Under the pieces are notes generated by a model. The model worked only from the letters and a program-made list of their open reading frames with translations. It ran no database searches and was not told the DNA's origin. Both the position numbers and the translations under genes were made by a program. Shown one piece after another: positions 26,475 to 35,747 of a stretch of 37,390 nt of DNA. The DNA comes from Nitrospirota bacterium (GTDB lineage: Bacteria; Nitrospirota; Nitrospiria; 2-01-FULL-66-17), in contig JBMOMC010000043.1 in assembly GCA_049325335.1 (NCBI GenBank), forward strand, positions 144,362 through 181,751, read 5' to 3'. The stretch's first letter is position 1; each line of letters begins with the position of its first letter.

Positions 26475-27797
26475 ATGCGCCTAACCCTAGCCCATAAGAT
26501 GTTGCTGGGGAACTTGACGCTGGTCTTGTTGATTCTGGCCGTCGGTCTCTCCGCACTCGGCAGTCTGAAGTCGCTGTATGCCTTGGGCAGTAACCTGGTC
26601 CAGGTTGCCCTGCCGAATATCGAATTGGCGGCGGATTTAGAAGAAGCGCTCCTGATTCGCGATCAATACGAGCAACGCAATATTCAGGCGCCGGACCGCG
26701 GGCTTCAGGTGTTGGCCGACGAACAGTTGGAGCGATTTAATAGAACGCTGCAACGGTTTGTCGCGTTGCCGCCGGAGGCATCCACGGCCATGGAGCGCGT
26801 ATCCGTGGCGTTGGCCGAGTATGACCACGCGGTGAGCCGAACGCGCGCCGCGGTCGAACACGACGAGACGGACGGGGTTCCTCTGGTGGCCGATGAACTG
26901 CTGACCGGGCCGCGTGAGCGATTGCAGAGGGCGATTCACGGTTTGGGGCAAGCGCTGAAGATTTCCCAACGGGAGGCGTTGCAGCAGTCGCAACGTCTGA
27001 TCGGGAACGCGTTGCTGATGACCGTGGTCACCTGCGCCGCGGGGTTGGTGTTCGGCGTGACGTTTTCCCTGCTGTTCTCGCGGTCGCTGTCTCGATCTCT
27101 CGAACAATTCAAGGCCGCCACGCAGTTGATCGGCAAAGGCCGGTACGACGAAACCCTGCCGCTGCGATCCACCGATGAAATCGGCGAGTTGGCGGAGTCG
27201 TTTCGGTGGATGAGTTATCGCCTCAAGGAACTCGAGGAAATGAACCTTGACGCGAATCCGCTCACCCGCCTCCCCGGGAATTTAGCGATCGAAAAAGCGC
27301 TGCTCGAGCGCCTGCAGCGACGACGGCCGTTTGCGTTTTGCCACGTGGACCTGGACAACTTCAAGGCGTTCGGCGACTACTACGGATACGCGCGGGGCAG
27401 CGAAGTCCTCAAGATGGTCGGGCAGGCGTTGGTGCGCCTCAGCGGGGGCGAGATTCGCGACATGTTCGTGGGCCATATCGGAGGCGATGATTTCGTGCTG
27501 ATCTGCCCGCCGGAACGCGTGGCGGGGCTCTGCCGGCAGATGATCAAGGAGTTCGACGCGGCCATTCCGGCGTTCTACGATCAGGAAGACCGCGAACGCG
27601 GGCACATCGTCTCCCGCGATCGCAATGAAGTGGTGCAGGAATTTCCCATCATGACCGTGTCCATTGCCGTGGTGACCAATGAACGCCGGGACATCACGTC
27701 GCCGTTACAGGTCGCGGAGATCGCGGCGCAACTGAAAAAATACGCGAAGAGCTTTCCCAAGAGCATTTTTGTTATTGATCAGCGGCGGGAACTGTAG
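26475..27797 (+). CDS. Membrane sensor-HAMP-GGDEF dinucleotide cyclase with atypical base-selecting residues
   Basis: TM, periplasmic helical bundle, TM, HAMP (DEIGELAESF), DANPLTRLPGN, DLDNFKAFGDYYGYARGSE, GHIGGDDF. Confidence 0.9.
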   Translation: MRLTLAHKMLLGNLTLVLLILAVGLSALGSLKSLYALGSNLVQVALPNIELAADLEEALLIRDQYEQRNIQAPDRGLQVLADEQLERFNRTLQRFVALPPEASTAMERVSVALAEYDHAVSRTRAAVEHDETDGVPLVADELLTGPRERLQRAIHGLGQALKISQREALQQSQRLIGNALLMTVVTCAAGLVFGVTFSLLFSRSLSRSLEQFKAATQLIGKGRYDETLPLRSTDEIGELAESFRWMSYRLKELEEMNLDANPLTRLPGNLAIEKALLERLQRRRPFAFCHVDLDNFKAFGDYYGYARGSEVLKMVGQALVRLSGGEIRDMFVGHIGGDDFVLICPPERVAGLCRQMIKEFDAAIPAFYDQEDRERGHIVSRDRNEVVQEFPIMTVSIAVVTNERRDITSPLQVAEIAAQLKKYAKSFPKSIFVIDQRREL

Positions 27798-28536
27798 TCG
27801 CGCCGAGCGGCTCCTCCCGCCCGTCGCGCGGTTCCTCCGATGCGGTCCGGTCGCGCCCGCCGATCAGCAGCGTCATCTCCCCCTTGCGCGGCGCCCGTTC
27901 CAACTGGGCGATGAGGTCGGAGAGCGTTCCCCGCAGGAATTCTTCGTGGAGTTTGGTGAGTTCACGGGCCAGGACCGCGGGTCGGTTCCCCCAGGCCGTA
28001 TGGATCGCGTGCAGGGTTTTGAGGATACGCTGCGGGGATTCAAAGAGCACAATCGTCTCGCGCAGGTCTTGGAGCGCCGCGAGGCGTTTGGCGAGCCGGC
28101 CCGACGGTTTCGGCAAAAAGCCCTCGAAATGGAAGCGATCCGTGGGCAGTCCGGCCGCGGACAGCGCCCCAAGGATGGCCGACGGTCCTGGGATCGGCAC
28201 CACGGGCACGCCTGCGTCGATACAGCGATTGATCAAAAAATAGCCGGGGTCTGAAATCGTGGGAGTGCCGGCGTCGCACACCAGCGCAATGGACGCGCCT
28301 TCTTGGAGCCGAGCGAGCAGCACCGGAGCTTTGCTCTCTTTATTGAAGTCGTGGTAACTGGTCAACGGCGTGTGTACGTCATAACGGGCGAGCAGGTGGT
28401 GGGTGTGGCGCGTATCCTCCGCCGCGATGGTAGCCACCTCCTTGAGGACCCGCAACGCCCGCAGCGTCATGTCTTCGAGATTCCCGATCGGCGTCCCCAC
28501 CACATAGAGCACGCCTGGTTGCGTCGGCCGGTCCAT
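27772..28536 (-). CDS. rsmI: 16S rRNA (cytidine1402-2'-O)-methyltransferase
   Basis: LYVVGTPIGNLEDMTLRA, AAEDTR, DAGTPTISDPG, FEGFLP, FESPQR, ARELTKLHEE, KGEMTL. Confidence 0.96.
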   Translation of the reverse strand: MDRPTQPGVLYVVGTPIGNLEDMTLRALRVLKEVATIAAEDTRHTHHLLARYDVHTPLTSYHDFNKESKAPVLLARLQEGASIALVCDAGTPTISDPGYFLINRCIDAGVPVVPIPGPSAILGALSAAGLPTDRFHFEGFLPKPSGRLAKRLAALQDLRETIVLFESPQRILKTLHAIHTAWGNRPAVLARELTKLHEEFLRGTLSDLIAQLERAPRKGEMTLLIGGRDRTASEEPRDGREEPLGATTVPAADQ

Positions 28537-28740
28537 CACGCGCAACCGTAGCAAAGTTCGGTACGGCTCAGCAAGCGATCACCCCCCCCATAAAGTTTTT
28601 CCCGTCCTCGACCGATACAGCGTTGAACAGGCATTGGAGCGCGTTCCGCGCGCGCTGCGGGATAGTCCACGCCCCCGGCGCTGGTGGGACGAACGGATGC
28701 GGCAGTTCCCCAGGACCGGGGTGTCATCGAGGAGGCACGG

Positions 28741-30630
28741 ATGAAGGGCGTTCACGCATGGATGCGAACCGGCTGTGTATTGGGACTGGTGGTGTGGCTC
28801 GCGGCATGCGGCGGTGGCGGCTCGTCAGGCTCCTCCGGCGGAACCCAACTGGCTGGGCAGGAAAAATCGCAATCGAGTGGCGCCGACGGGAAGGGGTCGG
28901 GCCACGACCAGTCCGGTAAAGATCCGGCCCCACCCGACCACTCGGACGACAACGGCAGCAACCACGAAGAGGGCGGCAACACCGGACCTGGAGAGCAACC
29001 GGGGGGGCACAACGGCAACGGCAACACCCCCCCGGACGGCAGCGGATCATCTGGAGACGACGAGACTGACGATGATGATGAATCCGAACCTGGTCCTCCG
29101 GCGCCAGGCACCGGGAGCGGCAACCCCGACGACGACCACGGCAATTCCGATCCCGGCGATCCGGGGGATCACGATGGCGGTGATCCGGGTGAGGATGGCG
29201 GCGGGACCGACGATCCCGAGGATCCGGAAGGTGAAGAGCCGCCGGTAGAGGATGACCGGAGCGAAAACGCGGGTGATGGGCTCGATTTCCCGATCGTGAC
29301 CCAGCTCGCGCAGCAGGTGTATCCCCGGTTGATCCACCACGTCACCGCACACCGCTACTTCGCGGTGTGGAACGACCAGCGCGACGACGGCGCCTGGCGC
29401 GTGGTCGGCCGCGAAGTCAATATTTCGGACGGCGTGCACGGCGCGACCAAGGTGATCGCCGAGCGCGAGGCGGCTCCCTACGCCGCGCCGGGAACGGCGC
29501 ACGACCCGGCGGGTGAGCGTTCCTTGGTGGTGTGGGGGACGGCCGCGGGGGATGTCCTGGCGCAAGCGATTGATGTTGCCGGGGACGCGGTGGGCGACGC
29601 CGTGACCGTGGCCAATGGCGCGTCGGACGAGGTTGATCCGGTGGTCGGGTTTGATCCGACCACCGGGCAGTACGTGGTGGCGTGGATCGAAACGTCGTCG
29701 CGCGTGGTGGTGTATACGCGGGCGCTCAGCCGCGACGGGGCGGTTCTCGGCGACCCGACCCCGCTGACCGAGGCGGCCTCGGGCAAATTGGACCTACGGA
29801 TGGCGGCTGATCCGGAATCCGGCCGATTCTTGGTCGTGTGGCGGGACTATCGCGGCCAGGACCTCTACAGCATTTTCGGTCGGATGGTTGACGCGGACGG
29901 CGCCCCCACATCCGACGAACTGGTCATCGGGGATGCCCTTGGCGCGCAGATCCTGCCCCAGGCGGCGTTCGACCCCGCGCATCGAACCTTTCTCGTAACG
30001 TGGTCGGACACGCGGCGTAGCGGTACGTACGAGTTATATGGACAGATCGTGACCTCGCCGGACGGACTGTTGCTGGGGGACAACGTATGGATCGACGCCC
30101 ATGGAGGGGCGGATCACGCGTTGGAAGCCGATCCATCACACGAAGCCTTTGTCATCGCGTACCCCCATCCGACGCATCGCGTGTATGCCCGGTATCTCGG
30201 CCCGGATGGTCGCGCGGAGGGGGACGAATTCCCGGTCTCCACGGTCGCCGGAGTCCCGAGCATGCCGCATGCGGCGGTTGACCCCAACGGACTCGGATTC
30301 CTCACGGCGTGGGCGGACGGCCGTGAGGGTCCGCTGCACGTGTTCGGACGCTGGATCACCATGGACGGAACCGGAGCCGAGCCCGGCGAACCGCCGCCGT
30401 CCGAGTGCCAGGAGTTCCGCGACACCGCGGGTGCCTGTCTGTCGTGTGAACAACATGCGGGGCCGTTGGTTGACCAGGCGTGTCCCGTGACCGGCGCCTA
30501 TGAAACCCACGGCGCGTATGTCGCATGCGTCGCTGCAGCGGTGAATGCGCTGCGCGATGACGACGTGATCGGCGGCGCGTGCAAGCTCAATTTGATCGCG
30601 CCGCGCGCGCGGTCGTCGGTCGGACGATGA
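28741..30630 (+). CDS. Lipoprotein with acidic low-complexity linker, beta-propeller-like repeats and Cys-rich C-tail
   Basis: GGAGG SD; lipobox LAAC; long G/D/E/P-rich segment; repeated (Y/F)LVVWxD blades; tail CP...HGAYVACVA...ARSSVG. Confidence 0.8.
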   Translation: MKGVHAWMRTGCVLGLVVWLAACGGGGSSGSSGGTQLAGQEKSQSSGADGKGSGHDQSGKDPAPPDHSDDNGSNHEEGGNTGPGEQPGGHNGNGNTPPDGSGSSGDDETDDDDESEPGPPAPGTGSGNPDDDHGNSDPGDPGDHDGGDPGEDGGGTDDPEDPEGEEPPVEDDRSENAGDGLDFPIVTQLAQQVYPRLIHHVTAHRYFAVWNDQRDDGAWRVVGREVNISDGVHGATKVIAEREAAPYAAPGTAHDPAGERSLVVWGTAAGDVLAQAIDVAGDAVGDAVTVANGASDEVDPVVGFDPTTGQYVVAWIETSSRVVVYTRALSRDGAVLGDPTPLTEAASGKLDLRMAADPESGRFLVVWRDYRGQDLYSIFGRMVDADGAPTSDELVIGDALGAQILPQAAFDPAHRTFLVTWSDTRRSGTYELYGQIVTSPDGLLLGDNVWIDAHGGADHALEADPSHEAFVIAYPHPTHRVYARYLGPDGRAEGDEFPVSTVAGVPSMPHAAVDPNGLGFLTAWADGREGPLHVFGRWITMDGTGAEPGEPPPSECQEFRDTAGACLSCEQHAGPLVDQACPVTGAYETHGAYVACVAAAVNALRDDDVIGGACKLNLIAPRARSSVGR

Positions 30631-30646
30631 GACACGAGGTGACGCG

Positions 30647-30982
30647 ATGACGGCCTGTTTGTGCGGGCTGTTGGTGGCTACGCTGTCGGCGGCCTCCGCC
30701 GACCTGGAGACCACACGCCAATTTACCGCGAATGGACAAAAAGAGTTGAACCCATTAGCGCGTCCTTTTGTGGAGGGCCGTGGGGCGAGGGGCGAGGCGT
30801 GGTTGGGCAGCATCACGGTGGCGACGTACGTCACACTTGGCCAAGCCCCGGAGCCCTGGCGCACGCTCGCCTTGTTCGGCGGCTGGGCCGTCCATACGAC
30901 CATGGCGATTCGGAATGTTCGCATCGGTACCGCGCACGAGGTGCCCCGGATCGTGTTCCCGGTATTGGCGGTTCGCTGGTAG
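30647..30982 (+). CDS. Hypothetical hydrophobic protein
   Basis: GAGGTG SD; follows the lipoprotein; ADLETT...ELNPLARPFV plus hydrophobic stretches. Confidence 0.55.
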   Translation: MTACLCGLLVATLSAASADLETTRQFTANGQKELNPLARPFVEGRGARGEAWLGSITVATYVTLGQAPEPWRTLALFGGWAVHTTMAIRNVRIGTAHEVPRIVFPVLAVRW

Positions 30983-31155
30983 TTCGGCTGTCCCGCGGCG
31001 CCCGCCGCCTTATCCGATCAGCATCGCACGCCGCTCCCATCGTCGGCGTTCCATCGGTTGAGGCCTATCCCCCGTCTTTGTTATATTGGCCGCGCGCACG
31101 TCCCGTAGTCGTCGTCTGATCAGTCGGACGGCAGCAATCCAGCCAGGAGGAACCA

Positions 31156-32457
31156 GTGAACATTTGCGTCATCGGAACAGGGTACGTCGGTCTCGTAACC
31201 GGCGCGTGTTTCGCCGAGTTCGGCGTGAGCGTGATCTGCGTGGACGCGGATGCCGACAAGGTTGCGCGGCTCACGCGCGGCGAAATTCCGATTTACGAGC
31301 CCGGCTTGGCGGAGTTGGTTCAAAAAGGGATGCGCGAGGGCCGGCTCTCGTTTACCGTGGACACCGCCGCGGCGGTCAAACAGTCCTTGGTGATCTTTAT
31401 TGCGGTGGGCACGCCGCCGCGCGGCGACGGGGCCGCGGACCTCTCCGCGGTGGAAGCCGTGGCGGAAACCATTGCCCGGCACATGAACGGGTACAAAGTC
31501 ATTGTCACCAAGAGCACCGTTCCGGTGGGGACCGGCGACCGGATCCGCGCCATTATCGGGAAGTCGCAGACCGAACGCGTGAATTTTGACGTGGCGTCCA
31601 ACCCCGAGTTCCTGCGCGAGGGCGCGGCGATCGAGGACTTTATGCGGCCCAACCGGGTGGTGATCGGCGCGCAGAGCGACCAAGCGGTTGCGATCCTGCG
31701 GGATCTCTACCGCCCGCTCTATTTAATCGAGACCCCGATCGTGATTACCGACATCCCAACCGCTGAAATGATCAAATACGCGTCCAACGCGTTTTTGGCG
31801 ACCAAAGTGTCGTTTATCAACGAGATCGCGAACCTGTGCGAACAGGTCGGCGCGGACGTGCACCAGGTGGCGCGTGCCATGGGGCTGGACAATCGGATCG
31901 GGTCCAAATTTCTTCATCCCGGTCCAGGATATGGGGGCTCGTGTTTTCCCAAAGACGTGGTCGCGTTGCTCGCGTTGGCCAAACGCAACGCGTACGACTT
32001 TCAGATCTTGGCCGCGGTTGACGCGGTGAATCACCGTCAACGCGACTTCATGGTCGAGAAGATTCGGCGCGCCGTCGGGGATCTGTCCGGAGCCGTCATC
32101 GCGTGTTTGGGGTTATCGTTTAAGCCCAACACCGACGACATTCGGGAAGCCCCGGCGCTGGATATTCTGCCCGCGCTGCAAAAACTCGGGGCCGCCGTCC
32201 GCGCGTACGATCCCGCCGCCATGGGCCATGCCGCGGCCGCGCTCCCCGGAGTCACGTTGTGCCAGGATGCGTACGAGACGGTGTCCGGATGTGATGCCGT
32301 GGTGCTGATGACCGAATGGAATCAGTTCCGGAGTTTAGATTTGGATCGCGTCAAATCCTTGCTCCGCCGTCCGACCTTTGTTGATCTGCGAAACGTGTAC
32401 GACCCGAAACGGATGCGGGAGCAAGGGTTTTCCTACGTGGGCGTGGGGCGGAGTTAG
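31156..32457 (+). CDS. ugd: UDP-glucose 6-dehydrogenase
   Basis: IGTGYVGL, PIYEPGL, KSTVPVGT, SNPEFLREG, KYASNAFLA, GYGGSCFPKD, FKPNTDDIRE. AGGAGG SD. Confidence 0.95.
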   Translation: MNICVIGTGYVGLVTGACFAEFGVSVICVDADADKVARLTRGEIPIYEPGLAELVQKGMREGRLSFTVDTAAAVKQSLVIFIAVGTPPRGDGAADLSAVEAVAETIARHMNGYKVIVTKSTVPVGTGDRIRAIIGKSQTERVNFDVASNPEFLREGAAIEDFMRPNRVVIGAQSDQAVAILRDLYRPLYLIETPIVITDIPTAEMIKYASNAFLATKVSFINEIANLCEQVGADVHQVARAMGLDNRIGSKFLHPGPGYGGSCFPKDVVALLALAKRNAYDFQILAAVDAVNHRQRDFMVEKIRRAVGDLSGAVIACLGLSFKPNTDDIREAPALDILPALQKLGAAVRAYDPAAMGHAAAALPGVTLCQDAYETVSGCDAVVLMTEWNQFRSLDLDRVKSLLRRPTFVDLRNVYDPKRMREQGFSYVGVGRS

Positions 32458-32494
32458 CCGAGTCGGTCACCACGTCAACGGAGCGTATATCGAC

Positions 32495-32536
32495 ACGCGA
32501 AGGGGGGAGCGTCGTCCGACGCTCCCCCCTTCGCGT
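32495..32536. terminator. Perfect 20-bp hairpin between convergent ugd and cytochrome genes (probable bidirectional terminator)
   Basis: ACGCGAAGGGGGGAGCGTCG-TC-CGACGCTCCCCCCTTCGCGT. No strong U-tract. Confidence 0.65.
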
Positions 32537-32548
32537 ATGAAGCGGCAC

Positions 32549-33160
32549 TCAGTTCTTGGGTTTGACGTGGCAGCGCACGCAGTTCGAAATGGGAAACGCC
32601 ACGCGACCGTGGCAACGCCCGCAAAATTCCCCATTGACGATTTTGACCATTGAAATCGGGTTAGCGCCTTTTTTCATCACAAAAATATTCGGATGGCAGT
32701 TCCCGCAGTCCAGCCAATACGTGTGCGGGAAGTGAGGGAAGACTACGTTCGGCATGGCTCCCACGGCCGGGATATCGATATTAAAATCAAACGGCGGGAC
32801 CGGCGTTTTCGTGGGATCGAGCGATTCCCGTGGATGCACCAGTTCCTTTTTAAACGCTTGCACCCAGTCGACATTGCCGCCCTGATCCTTGGGGATATTT
32901 TTCAGGATGAGTTCAGGATTCCGGTTTTCCTTGGCGAAAGGAAACCCCGGGGTCGGCATCTGCGTCGGGTCTTCAAAGTCGTCGGATAACTGCGTCGGCA
33001 TCGGCGGCGAGGAAACCACCGGCGGAGGCGGTGCCACGGCGGCGGCCGGCGCGGCCTGATCAGAGTCCGCGGCCTTTTTTGTAAACGGCATGGTGCAGGC
33101 GAATAAAGTCAGAGCCGCCACCAAGACGACCCCCATTCCCGTGATCGCGCGACGCATCAT
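32549..33160 (-). CDS. Lipoprotein triheme c7-like cytochrome c
   Basis: Lipobox LFAC; FPHFPH; CGNCH, CGRCH and CVRCH. Confidence 0.88.
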   Translation of the reverse strand: MMRRAITGMGVVLVAALTLFACTMPFTKKAADSDQAAPAAAVAPPPPVVSSPPMPTQLSDDFEDPTQMPTPGFPFAKENRNPELILKNIPKDQGGNVDWVQAFKKELVHPRESLDPTKTPVPPFDFNIDIPAVGAMPNVVFPHFPHTYWLDCGNCHPNIFVMKKGANPISMVKIVNGEFCGRCHGRVAFPISNCVRCHVKPKN

Positions 33161-33162
33161 GG

Positions 33163-33537
33163 CTAATTGACTCCGTGAAGCGGGCCCGTGACCATGCCGG
33201 GTTTTCCCGAGTGGCATCGGCCGCACACCACCGGCTTCCAAGCGGTTTCGCCGTTGTGGCATTTCCCGCAGAATTGCCCCTGGAACACGATTTTTTCCAT
33301 GTCGATATCATTGGCGCCGGACTTCATTTCAAAAATGGCGGGATGACAGACCTTGCATTTAAATTCGACGCGATGAATCCAGTGCGGGAAAATCACCGGG
33401 GGCATTCCGCGCGATTCGGCTTTGCTGTTGAGCACCATGTCGCCGTAAAACCCTTGCACGGGTTTGCCGGCCAACAACCACGCCCCGGCGCTCAACATCA
33501 GCGCCGCTGCGACCGCAATTCCGACTGTCCGCTTCAT
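33163..33537 (-). CDS. Periplasmic triheme c7-like cytochrome c
   Basis: Signal peptide; FPHWIH; CKVCH, CGKCH and CGRCH. Confidence 0.9.
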   Translation of the reverse strand: MKRTVGIAVAAALMLSAGAWLLAGKPVQGFYGDMVLNSKAESRGMPPVIFPHWIHRVEFKCKVCHPAIFEMKSGANDIDMEKIVFQGQFCGKCHNGETAWKPVVCGRCHSGKPGMVTGPLHGVN

Positions 33538-33707
33538 CCGCCGCTCTCTGGGCTACGGGTCACGTTTCGCTACGGGATATCCCGATCGCTCTTGCCATCG
33601 CCGATACCGAAAATGGAAGAAGCGATGAAGCGAATTCGTAGCATATGCCCACGGGTCTTGTCAACAACCGATCGCATTCCAAAGCGCGTGGTTGCGCGCT
33701 CCGCGGG

Positions 33708-34652
33708 TTAGTGGTCGCGCGTGGCGCCGGTCCCGATGACCCAAATATCCGGGTTGCCGGACTTGGTTGAGGTGTACGCGATGTGAGCGCCGTCGGGTGA
33801 AAAGGCCGGAAGGGAGGCTGTGGCCAGGTCGTGGGTCAACTGGCGTGCGCCGAGCCCCTGGGGGTTCATGGTCCACAACTCGTCCACGCCGCTTTGGTTG
33901 GACACAAAGACGATGTGCGTGCCGTCCGGGCTGTAATCCCCCGCGATGTCGCTGCCGGGCCTTGCGGTCAGGGCCCGCGCGCCCGCGCCGTCGATCCCGA
34001 TGGTCCACACGTCGGCGGAGCCGAGCGTGTCGGCGGTGTAGAGAATCGAACGGTTATCGGGACTGATGCGGATCTGGGAAAACACCACATGGTCTTCGGT
34101 CAATACGCGCGGCAGGCCGGTGGGCAGTTCCACCAGCATCAGGCGGTACTGCGGCGGACGGTTCATGGGAAGGTCCAGGTACGCCAGCCAGCGCCCGTCT
34201 CCCGAAATGACCGGCATGAATTCCTTGATCGTCGGGGTGAAGGCGGTGAGGCGCTGTTGCTGAGTCCCGTCGGGGGCGAGCAACCAGAGGTCGGGCCATT
34301 TCGGCTCGTCCGAGCCGGAGTCGGACGAAACAGCGATCCAGCGACCATCCGCGGTGGCAAACGGACCGGTGTACTGAAATCGTCCGGCGGTTAACGCGCG
34401 GGGCGTTGGGGTGGAGAGGTCGATGCTCCACAGGTTCCACCCGTCCTGTTGTATCGAGACATAGATGAGCGACCGGCCGTCCCGGGTCCAGGCGGGCGCG
34501 AAGTCATCGTATGGAGTAAAGGTGATTTGCCGCGACACGCCGGACGCTGAACCGAACAACGCGGATGTGGGACCGATCGACTGACACGCCGGCAACGCGC
34601 AGAACAGAAGGCTCCACGCCACAAGCCGTCCGCGGGTCTCCCGCGAGATCAT
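33708..34652 (-). CDS. TolB-like beta-propeller (PD40 repeat) lipoprotein
   Basis: Lipobox-like LPAC; repeats PAWTRDG, ISPDNR, YSPDG, PAFSPDG. Confidence 0.85.
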   Translation of the reverse strand: MISRETRGRLVAWSLLFCALPACQSIGPTSALFGSASGVSRQITFTPYDDFAPAWTRDGRSLIYVSIQQDGWNLWSIDLSTPTPRALTAGRFQYTGPFATADGRWIAVSSDSGSDEPKWPDLWLLAPDGTQQQRLTAFTPTIKEFMPVISGDGRWLAYLDLPMNRPPQYRLMLVELPTGLPRVLTEDHVVFSQIRISPDNRSILYTADTLGSADVWTIGIDGAGARALTARPGSDIAGDYSPDGTHIVFVSNQSGVDELWTMNPQGLGARQLTHDLATASLPAFSPDGAHIAYTSTKSGNPDIWVIGTGATRDH

Positions 34653-34695
34653 GGACGTGACGGCAGGCAGGACAGGAGGTTCCGCGACATGCGGA

Positions 34696-35664
34696 TCAGC
34701 GGGCCAGTGAAAAAATCGCGACCTGGCCGGTCCCGGACGGATTGACCTGGGTGAACGCGAGGGCGGAACCGTCTGGGCTCCAGGCCAACGTAAAGTATCC
34801 GATCGCGGCGTAGAGCTCTCGATCCACGCTGTACCGCGGCCGCCACGCTCCGGAGAGATCGCGACTCAGGCGGACTTGGCCGCTGCCGTCAGGGTTCATA
34901 GCCCAGATATCGCGGCCCCCGTCTCGATCCGCGACGAACGCGATTTTGGTGCCGTCGGGGTTAAACGCGGGAATCATTTCCCGCGCTCCGGCGGTGGCGG
35001 TGAGGCGCTGATACGGCCCGTGTCCGGCCAGGTCGATGGCATAGATATCGCCGTCGCCGGTTCGGGTGGAGGCAAAGACCACGGTGTCGCCTGCGGGAGC
35101 AAACGTCGCGCCCCAATCACCGTTCCCCCCGGTCGTGAGTTTTCGTTGGTTCGCCCCGTCCGCGTCCATTACGTAGATGCTGTACTCAAAATCGCGATAC
35201 GAATCGAACGCGATCCGCTGTCCGTCCGCGCTCCACGTGGGGGCGAGGTCGTCCATCCGATTAGTGGTCAATTGTCGGAGATGGCCTCCGTCCCGGTCCA
35301 CGAGCCAGATATCCCAATTGCCCGACCGTTTCGAGGCAAAGGCGATCCGTTGTCCGTCCGGGGAGAACGCCGGGAATCGGTCTTCGCCGAGTCCGTTCGT
35401 CACGGGCCGTGGGGTTTTGTCGTCGAGCGACACGGACCAGAGGTTCCAGGGCCCTGCTCGGTTCGACACATACACCAACGTCTTGCCATCGGCACCCCAC
35501 GTCGGGTTGAGGTTGTCGAACTCGTCCTGGGTGACGAGGGTGACGCGTTGCGACGAAAAATCGAATTCCGGATGGGGATTGATCGTGCAGCCGACGCCTG
35601 ATGCGGCGACGCACGCCCCAATAAGCACCCACGATCGACGGTGTCCGCGATGAGATTTTTGCAT
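34696..35664 (-). CDS. TolB-like beta-propeller (PD40 repeat) lipoprotein
   Basis: Lipobox-like GVGC; repeats PTWGADG, PAFSPDG, PTWSADG, PAFNPDG, AWSPDG. Confidence 0.87.
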   Translation of the reverse strand: MQKSHRGHRRSWVLIGACVAASGVGCTINPHPEFDFSSQRVTLVTQDEFDNLNPTWGADGKTLVYVSNRAGPWNLWSVSLDDKTPRPVTNGLGEDRFPAFSPDGQRIAFASKRSGNWDIWLVDRDGGHLRQLTTNRMDDLAPTWSADGQRIAFDSYRDFEYSIYVMDADGANQRKLTTGGNGDWGATFAPAGDTVVFASTRTGDGDIYAIDLAGHGPYQRLTATAGAREMIPAFNPDGTKIAFVADRDGGRDIWAMNPDGSGQVRLSRDLSGAWRPRYSVDRELYAAIGYFTLAWSPDGSALAFTQVNPSGTGQVAIFSLAR

Positions 35665-35670
35665 GCCAGT

Positions 35671-35741
35671 ACTCTACTGGAGCGCGGATTTTGGTGTCAA
35701 GACACGCCCGTTTGACAGGGCGTCGGGCGTCTTCGTACGAT
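35671..35741. promoter_or_regulatory. Back-to-back divergent leaderless promoters
   Basis: Minus strand: TTGACA(35700-35695)-N18-TAGAGT, 6 nt before ATG 35664. Plus strand: TTGACA(35712)-N18-TACGAT, 6 nt before ATG 35748. Confidence 0.7.
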
Positions 35742-35747
35742 GGCGCA

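Noticed and set aside
30434..30456. CLSCEQH as a heme c attachment site
   Set aside because: Spacing is CxxCxxH rather than CxxCH and there is no cytochrome context.
33708..35664. True tolB genes
   Set aside because: No TolB N-terminal domain and no tolQRA/pal neighbours.
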